Shown in pieces: positions 57,669-64,000 of a stretch of 64,000 bases of DNA. The stretch is from a virus: positions 1 through 64,000 of the IMG/VR virus record IMGVR_UViG_3300027631_000014; one strand, written 5' to 3'. Below the pieces are notes generated by a model, which did no database searches, had not been told where the DNA came from, and saw nothing but the letters and a program-made list of their open reading frames with translations. Made by a program: the position numbers and the translations under genes. Position 1 is the first letter of the stretch. Every line of letters begins with the position of its first letter.

Positions 57669-60257
57669 ATGTATCAATCAATTTACTACGATTTTAGTAC
57701 TTATACTTATCACTTAAGAGATGATAAATTAGGATGGTCTGAATTTCAGTACCAACCTACTTATTGGAGACGAGTTGATGAATGGCAAGAAAATGCTCAA
57801 CCTGTATTAACAGGAGGATGGGCTGTTCCTACTAAAAAATATAGTAAAGAAGATACTAACTTGTTAGAAAAAGATATTAGTAAAGAGTTACTTGTATTGA
57901 GGGAACTATATTACAAACTTGATGATGTAGTACCTTCATTCCATAACATTGTCCATTTAGATATTGAGATTGAAATGGGAGGAGCATTAACACCAGAATA
58001 TGTTAAAGCTGCTCCTATGCCCATTACTTCTATTGCTTTAATAGATATGACTACAAAAACAAAAATATGTTTTATTGTAGACAAAAGCAAAGAAATAGAA
58101 GAATATAATCAAGAAGGTAAACATATCATTCCTTGCCATTCAGAAAAAGAACTAATTAAAAAATTCTTAGATAAATGGGAAGAACTAGATCCAACTATTG
58201 TAATAGGATGGAATAGTGCTTACTTTGATATACCTTATGTTTACCATAGGTTTAAACAAGTAGTAGGTGGAGAACAAGTATTACGTTTATCTCCAATTAA
58301 GAAAATCAATGTAAGAGATTTTGCTGGTGAAACACAAATCACTATAGGAGGAATCAATCACTTAGATTACATGTTACTTCATAAAAAGTATATTATGAAG
58401 GAAGAGCCATCATATAAATTAAATGATATTGGTTTAAAATATGTTAAATTAGGTAAAATTGAATATGAAGGTAACTTAAATACGTTGTTTAAAAACGATT
58501 TAAATGCGTTTATAGAATATAATTTACGTGACGTAGAAATTATAGAGAAATTAGAGGAAAAGCTTAAATTTATTGAATTAACGATAATGATTTCCCACAT
58601 CTGTAATATACCTTATGAAAGTATTTACTACAACACTGTAATGAATGAGGGTGCTATTTTAAAGCATCTTAAACGTGAAGGTATTGTTTCACCAAATAAA
58701 CCAACTACTCACAATCCGATGCTAAAATCGAATACTGAGTCTTATGCTGGTGGGTATTTACTTGAACCCATACCCGGTTTGTATTTTGATGTTATTGATT
58801 TGGACTTTACCTCACTATATCCTTCCATTATTAAGTCACTTAATTTAGGTATTGAAACATTAGTAGGTCGAATTAGAGTAGAAGACAATCCAACTTATGA
58901 ACAAAACCACTCATTAGAAAAACTTAAATTAAGAGATCCTGATGAGAAAATTGTTGTTGAAAGATTAAATAAAGAAACCTACACTCTTAAATCAGCACAA
59001 ATCAAAATAGGAGACTTAATTAAATTAATTGAAAAAAATGATTACACAATAGCAGCATCAGGTGCTATGTTTAGGACTGATGAAAAAAGTGTTGTATCAA
59101 CTATTTTAGCAGGTTGGTTTGATAAACGAGAGCATTATAGAGGTTTAAAGAAAAAAGCAGGTGGAGAAGAGGATTGGGCAAATTATAAATTATATGACTT
59201 GTTCCAACACGCCTTTAAAATCTTACAAAATGCAATGTATGGTACATTTGCTATTCACGGATGGAGATATACTGATGGTCAATTAATTTGTAGTGCTGCT
59301 ATTACTAATTCAGGACAAAGACTAACTTGTGAATCAATTGACTTTGTTAACAATAAAATAAACACTGAATTAAAAGCAGAAAAACAACATATTTGCATTT
59401 CAGATACAGATTCACTTTATATAGTATTAGGTGACTTACTTAAACATAGATACCCAAATTTCAAACCTGAAGAGAAAAACGATAAAATATTATTACTAGC
59501 CCAGGAAATTCAAAACGAAGCAAATGCTGACTTAAATCGTATTTGTAAAAGTTTATTTAACATTGAACCAAACACCCACTACTTTCAATTAAAACAAGAG
59601 GTAATATGTGCTGGAGTATTAACTACAGGTAAACGAAGATATGCAATGTATGTTACTAATAAAGAAGGTGTTGCAGTAGAAGAACTAGACATGAAAGGAC
59701 TTGAATTAATGAAGTCTAATATGAATAAATTATTTAAAAAATTTGGAGAGGATTTTATTAAGAATATATTGTTTGGTAAACCTAAACCTGAAATAGATAA
59801 TGATATAATTACATTTTATAAAACATTAAAAACACTAGATCCTAGATCATTAGGTAAACCTACAGGGGTAAAACAAATTCATAACTACCATATACCTGCT
59901 AGATCAGGAGATATGTTTAGTTCATTTAGATTAAAAGCACCTGCAAATACAAAAGCAGCAGTACGTTACAATGACTTACTTAGATTTAAAAAACTAGATA
60001 AAAAGTATGAATCAATTATAGAGGGTGATAAATTGTTTATTATTAACTTAAAGAAAAATCCTTACAACTTAGAAACAATTGGTTTACCAAACGCCCAAGT
60101 ACCTCCTGTAATAGAAGAATTTGTTAAAACATATATTGATGTTGAGGAAATATTTGACTCGTTGTTAGCAAATAAGTTAAAGTCACTTTATGGAGATTTA
60201 AAATGGGATTTTCCAGCACTTAACCCAAATGTTAAAAAATTCTTTGCTTTCAACTAA
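57669..60257 (+). CDS. Family-B DNA polymerase with 3'-5' exonuclease
   Basis: DIE, GWN---FD, YN--D; DFTSLYPSI, K---N--YG, SDTDS, K-RY, KG. Confidence 0.96.
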   Translation: MYQSIYYDFSTYTYHLRDDKLGWSEFQYQPTYWRRVDEWQENAQPVLTGGWAVPTKKYSKEDTNLLEKDISKELLVLRELYYKLDDVVPSFHNIVHLDIEIEMGGALTPEYVKAAPMPITSIALIDMTTKTKICFIVDKSKEIEEYNQEGKHIIPCHSEKELIKKFLDKWEELDPTIVIGWNSAYFDIPYVYHRFKQVVGGEQVLRLSPIKKINVRDFAGETQITIGGINHLDYMLLHKKYIMKEEPSYKLNDIGLKYVKLGKIEYEGNLNTLFKNDLNAFIEYNLRDVEIIEKLEEKLKFIELTIMISHICNIPYESIYYNTVMNEGAILKHLKREGIVSPNKPTTHNPMLKSNTESYAGGYLLEPIPGLYFDVIDLDFTSLYPSIIKSLNLGIETLVGRIRVEDNPTYEQNHSLEKLKLRDPDEKIVVERLNKETYTLKSAQIKIGDLIKLIEKNDYTIAASGAMFRTDEKSVVSTILAGWFDKREHYRGLKKKAGGEEDWANYKLYDLFQHAFKILQNAMYGTFAIHGWRYTDGQLICSAAITNSGQRLTCESIDFVNNKINTELKAEKQHICISDTDSLYIVLGDLLKHRYPNFKPEEKNDKILLLAQEIQNEANADLNRICKSLFNIEPNTHYFQLKQEVICAGVLTTGKRRYAMYVTNKEGVAVEELDMKGLELMKSNMNKLFKKFGEDFIKNILFGKPKPEIDNDIITFYKTLKTLDPRSLGKPTGVKQIHNYHIPARSGDMFSSFRLKAPANTKAAVRYNDLLRFKKLDKKYESIIEGDKLFIINLKKNPYNLETIGLPNAQVPPVIEEFVKTYIDVEEIFDSLLANKLKSLYGDLKWDFPALNPNVKKFFAFN

Positions 60258-60277
60258 AAATTACTTATATTTAAATT

Positions 60278-61018
60278 ATGATATCAAAAATAGAATTACA
60301 AAATACAATTAGTAAATACTACCTAAACGGATTAGTAGAAGCAGTTAAATGGGAAATTAAAGATAAAAAACTAAGTGTAAAGTATACTTCACCAACCAAA
60401 GAAATGATTGGTGAAGTTACTCACACTAACTTTACTTTAGAAAACTCAACCATAGGTATTTCAAATACATCCCAACTACTAAAACTAATAGGAATTACAG
60501 GAGGAGATGTAATGTTAAATTACATTAAAAACAATAAAGTATTTACCAAACTAATCATTTCAGACAATCAATTTACAGCTAACTATACATTAGCAGATAT
60601 ATTAACTATCCCTAAAACAGGTGACTATGCTGGACCAGATGTTTACAACTTAGAAACATCACTTGATAAAGAGATGATATTGGCTTTAATTAAAGCAAAA
60701 TCTGCTTTAGATGATAGTAAAACAGTAATGTTAAAACCTACCACTGACATGGAAGGTGAGTTTTTATTAGAGTTAATATTTGGTGGTGATATAGAATATT
60801 CAAATAAAGTATCTTATTACTTACCTAACTTTGTTAAAAACAATGTACCGTATGACTTTACATTAGGGTTTAGTTCTGACTTACTTAAAGAAATATTAGT
60901 AGCAAATAAAGATGCTGAAAAAGCTAAAATGTCAATTAATTTAGAAGGTTTAATGAAATTGGAATTTGAAACAACAAACGTTAAATCAGTGTATTACATA
61001 GTCCAAAAAGAAATATAA
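60278..61018 (+). CDS. Sliding-clamp-like protein (gp45-like)
   Basis: 246 aa, two-domain alpha/beta pattern, GLM-L-F...S-YY C-terminus; follows the polymerase. Confidence 0.6.
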   Translation: MISKIELQNTISKYYLNGLVEAVKWEIKDKKLSVKYTSPTKEMIGEVTHTNFTLENSTIGISNTSQLLKLIGITGGDVMLNYIKNNKVFTKLIISDNQFTANYTLADILTIPKTGDYAGPDVYNLETSLDKEMILALIKAKSALDDSKTVMLKPTTDMEGEFLLELIFGGDIEYSNKVSYYLPNFVKNNVPYDFTLGFSSDLLKEILVANKDAEKAKMSINLEGLMKLEFETTNVKSVYYIVQKEI

Positions 61019-61248
61019 TGTTCACAATATCAAAACAAATAGTAGACTGGAATGGAGATCTATATTCAGTTAAAAGAGTCCTTAAAGAAACATCTATTAA
61101 GGAAGAATTCACACAAGAATACAAAGAATATTTAGGTGCTGATGTAGTTCTAAAGAAAAACGGAATGTATTACTTTGTTGAAAAAATTGACGAAGCTCAA
61201 ATAGTTGAGGAAGAAAAACTAGAGCTTGATGAAACAACTGAAGTTTAA
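61018..61248 (+). CDS. Hypothetical protein
   Basis: 76-aa ORF, start overlaps the previous stop. Confidence 0.6.
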   Translation: MFTISKQIVDWNGDLYSVKRVLKETSIKEEFTQEYKEYLGADVVLKKNGMYYFVEKIDEAQIVEEEKLELDETTEV

Positions 61249-61290
61249 TATATTTATACCAGTAAAACAAGTTATAAAAAAATAAAATCT

Positions 61291-61584
61291 ATGTCAAAAT
61301 TACAAGCTGTATTCAACAGCATTATCGTTAGACCTCAAGAAGAGGAAGAAACAACTTATGGTTCAATCGTTGTTCCAGATTTAGGAAAAGAAAAAGGATT
61401 ACGTGGTACTATTGTATCTGTAGGACCTGGTTACTATTGTGCAACAGGAGAATTTGTACCTACAACTCTTAAAGAAGGACAGCAAGTCATTTTACCAGCA
61501 GTAGGTCCATCAAAAGTAGAACTAGATGGTCAAGAATATTGGTCATGTGGTGAAAATGTAGTATTAGCAATTATTAACGATTAA
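61291..61584 (+). CDS. groES: Co-chaperonin
   Basis: E--T-G-IV-PD--KEK---G--V-VGPG, V---G-EY, LAI. Confidence 0.92.
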   Translation: MSKLQAVFNSIIVRPQEEEETTYGSIVVPDLGKEKGLRGTIVSVGPGYYCATGEFVPTTLKEGQQVILPAVGPSKVELDGQEYWSCGENVVLAIIND

Positions 61585-61593
61585 AATCAAGTT

Positions 61594-63219
61594 ATGAATA
61601 AAAAAGTAGAATTCGGGCCTGACGCTCGTAAAAGAATTGTAAACGGTATTAATAAAGTAGCAGATGCAGTGACATCCACTTTAGGACCTAATGGTAGAAA
61701 CGTTATATACACTGAATTTGGCGAAGTAAGGTCAACAAAAGATGGTGTTACTGTCGCAAAACAGATTTCAAATCTAGAAGATCCATTAGAAGAATTAGGT
61801 GTACAGATGATTAAACAAGCATCTATCAAAACAGCAAACAATGCAGGTGATGGTACAACTACATCTACTTTACTTGCTCAATCTATTATTAATGAGGGTT
61901 TATCTTATTTAGATAAAGGAGCAAATGCAGTAGAAATTAAACGTGGTATTGATCAAGCAGTAAAAGAAGTAGTAAATTGTATTCGTAAAGAGATATCACA
62001 AGATATTAACCACGAATCTCAATTAGAACAAGTAGCTACAATTTCAGCAAACAACGACCCAGAAATTGGAAAGTTAATTGCAGCAGCGATGGATAAAGTA
62101 GGTCGTGAAGGAGTAGTTCATATTGAAGAATCTAAAACAGGAGAAACATATCTTGAAACAGTAGAAGGTATGCAATTTGATAGAGGATATAAGTCACATT
62201 ACTTTGTTACAAACAATGCTGATATGACTTGTACTTTAGAAGAACCATTCATTTTAATTGCAGACAAGAAATTTAATCAAGTAAAAGATTTATTACCAAT
62301 TTTAGAAGGCGTTTCAGGAACAGGAAAATCGTTATTGATTATTGCTGAAGATATTGACGGAGAAGCTTTATCGACTTTAATTGTAAATAAAATGAGAGGA
62401 ACATTAAAAGTAGCAGCTGTAAAAGCTCCTGACTTTGGTGATCGTAGAAAATTATTACTAGAGGATATGGCTACTATGACTGGTGGTCAGGTATTTAGTT
62501 CAGATAAAGGAATGAAGTTAGATAAATTTTCTTGGGATTGGTTTGGTAAAGCTCGTTTAGTTACTATTTCTAAAGACCAAACAACTATTGTTGATGGCAA
62601 AGGAGAAACAGAAAAAATCGAAGCACGAATTGAAGAACTTCAACAGCAAATTGACAAATCAATTGTACCATTCGAAAAAGAAAAGTTACAAGAACGCTTA
62701 GCAAAATTTATTGGTGGTGTAGCTATTATTCACGTAGGTGGAAATAGTGAACTAGAAATGAAAGAAACTAAAGATCGTGTTGACGATGCTTTACATGCTA
62801 CAAAAGCAGCAATTGAAGAAGGTATTGTACCAGGTGGTGGATCTGTTTTATTATATGCTCGTGAAGCAATTATTAAAACAAGAACTGAACTAGATTCAGA
62901 CATCTACATTGGTAAACAAATAGTTTATAAAGCATGTGCTGCTCCATTTATGAAGATTTTAACAAATGCAGGTTACTCAGAAGGTGAATGTTATGGTTTA
63001 ATCAATCAAATGGGAGATAACAACTGGAAAGGATACAATTTAAAATCTGAAACATTCGTAGATATGAAAGAGGCGGGCATCATCGACCCAGCTAAAGTAA
63101 CTAGAAATGCTATTGAAAATGCAGCATCAATTGCTGGTACAGTATTGTTAACTGAAGCAGCAATTATTGAAGTAAATAACGATAAAAAAGAAGAAGGTGG
63201 AATGCCTGGAATGTACTAA
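61594..63219 (+). CDS. groEL: Chaperonin
   Basis: TLGPNGRNV, TKDGVTVA, AGDGTTT, EGMQFDRGY, KAPDFGDRRK, GIVPGGG, GIIDP-KV. Confidence 0.98.
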   Translation: MNKKVEFGPDARKRIVNGINKVADAVTSTLGPNGRNVIYTEFGEVRSTKDGVTVAKQISNLEDPLEELGVQMIKQASIKTANNAGDGTTTSTLLAQSIINEGLSYLDKGANAVEIKRGIDQAVKEVVNCIRKEISQDINHESQLEQVATISANNDPEIGKLIAAAMDKVGREGVVHIEESKTGETYLETVEGMQFDRGYKSHYFVTNNADMTCTLEEPFILIADKKFNQVKDLLPILEGVSGTGKSLLIIAEDIDGEALSTLIVNKMRGTLKVAAVKAPDFGDRRKLLLEDMATMTGGQVFSSDKGMKLDKFSWDWFGKARLVTISKDQTTIVDGKGETEKIEARIEELQQQIDKSIVPFEKEKLQERLAKFIGGVAIIHVGGNSELEMKETKDRVDDALHATKAAIEEGIVPGGGSVLLYAREAIIKTRTELDSDIYIGKQIVYKACAAPFMKILTNAGYSEGECYGLINQMGDNNWKGYNLKSETFVDMKEAGIIDPAKVTRNAIENAASIAGTVLLTEAAIIEVNNDKKEEGGMPGMY

Positions 63220-63476
63220 TGGAACAAGTAGAAAAAAATATATTAATAGCAAAGCGTGTCCCTCCTGGGGACCGTTTTGTGTTAATAGATGATAAAACAA
63301 ATACAGTTCATTCATCATTAACTGAAACACTAGAAGCATATTTTCAACAAACACAAACTAAATGTGAATTTAGATTAGCACCTTTGAAAGGAGAAATATA
63401 CATGATTACTACTGAAGAAGTAGCACCCGCACCTCCACCTCCAGTAAAAAAATTCAATATATATGGAGATTATTAA
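63219..63476 (+). CDS. Hypothetical protein
   Basis: 85 aa, RVPPGD motif. Confidence 0.65.
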   Translation: MEQVEKNILIAKRVPPGDRFVLIDDKTNTVHSSLTETLEAYFQQTQTKCEFRLAPLKGEIYMITTEEVAPAPPPPVKKFNIYGDY

Positions 63477-63493
63477 TATTTATAATAAAAACC

Positions 63494-63658
63494 ATGAAAA
63501 AATCACAATTACGTCAAATTATTAAGGAAGAGATATCTAAAGTATTAAGTGAAATAACATATATTGGATCTGATGGAGAACTAAAAGGAGATTTTACTTT
63601 AAATCAACTCCAATTAACTCCAGAAGTAAAAAATTATATAGAGTCTAAAATAAAATAA
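63494..63658 (+). CDS. 54-aa leader-bearing protein (MKKSQLRQIIKEEISKVLSE...)
   Basis: Translated by hand; late motif at 63476. Confidence 0.65.
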   Translation: MKKSQLRQIIKEEISKVLSEITYIGSDGELKGDFTLNQLQLTPEVKNYIESKIK

Positions 63659-63665
63659 ATAAGTT

Positions 63666-64000
63666 ATGAAACTAGAATTAGAAAAAATTTATAAAGAATA
63701 TTGTGAGGGTGATGTAGAAAGAGAAGAAGATAAATTTATAAATATGATGAAAACATTTATAGAATTTAGACTAGAAGTAAGTGGAGGAAATAAATGTGGT
63801 TGTATGGTAAGTATGACAACTGTAACTAATTTTTTGAATGAAATATTTTTATTTGATAATATGATGGATGATTGGGGGGGATGTTATAGAGGAGATTTTT
63901 GTTGGGAAAAATTTGAATGTTTAGAAAAACTAGTGAATAAAAGTGATTTAGAAAAAGAAATCAAAAATAAAATACTAGAAGGTTATAGGAAAGAATATGG
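63666..64000 (+). CDS. Hypothetical protein, 3'-truncated by the window edge
   Basis: Open frame from ATG 63666 (MKLELEKIYKEYC...) to the window end. Confidence 0.55.
   Translation, partial: MKLELEKIYKEYCEGDVEREEDKFINMMKTFIEFRLEVSGGNKCGCMVSMTTVTNFLNEIFLFDNMMDDWGGCYRGDFCWEKFECLEKLVNKSDLEKEIKNKILEGYRKEY

Noticed and set aside
2520-63354. All minus-strand ORFs in the track (e.g. 2520, 3712, 9765, 13530, 15214, 16225, 27050, 41951, 54751, 61587)
   Set aside because: They lie antisense to well-supported + strand genes, have no motifs or upstream signals, and are expected shadows of biased codon usage.
1-64000. Stop-codon reassignment
   Set aside because: Conserved genes are full length under the standard code, and TAA, TAG and TGA all occur at expected gene ends.

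Overview
All supported genes are on the + strand of an AT-rich segment of a large T4-like (contractile-tailed) dsDNA phage. Promoter architecture and the lack of Shine-Dalgarno sites point to a Bacteroidota host (inference). 1-6.3 kb: head module (prohead protease, scaffold, gp23-type capsid). 6.4-35 kb: PhoH, putative holin, fibre/adhesin proteins, neck, sheath, tube, frameshifted tail chaperone, tape measure, baseplate. 35-46 kb: replication (divergent family-A polymerase, HNH, SSB, UvsX/RecA, 5'-3' exonuclease, DnaB, NrdB/NrdA). 46.8-51.5 kb: 7-deazaguanine cluster (TGT/DpdA-like, queC, queD, queE, folE). 51.4-56.4 kb: accessory array around an enlarged thyA. 56.4-64 kb: amidase, MazG-like protein, family-B polymerase, clamp-like protein, GroES/GroEL. 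The most unusual signals: (1) thyA behaves as a gene-accretion hub, with its 5' end copied at the start of three upstream genes, its 3' end duplicated downstream, and its in-frame inserts matched by a free-standing upstream gene built from the same insert modules; (2) an LCIB-type beta-carbonic anhydrase inside the tail module; (3) a second, steric-gate-altered family-A polymerase; (4) dispersed genes sharing a probable capsid-targeting leader; (5) a serine-less mini-ACP coupled to nrdA. No database searches were run; assignments come from motifs read by eye.
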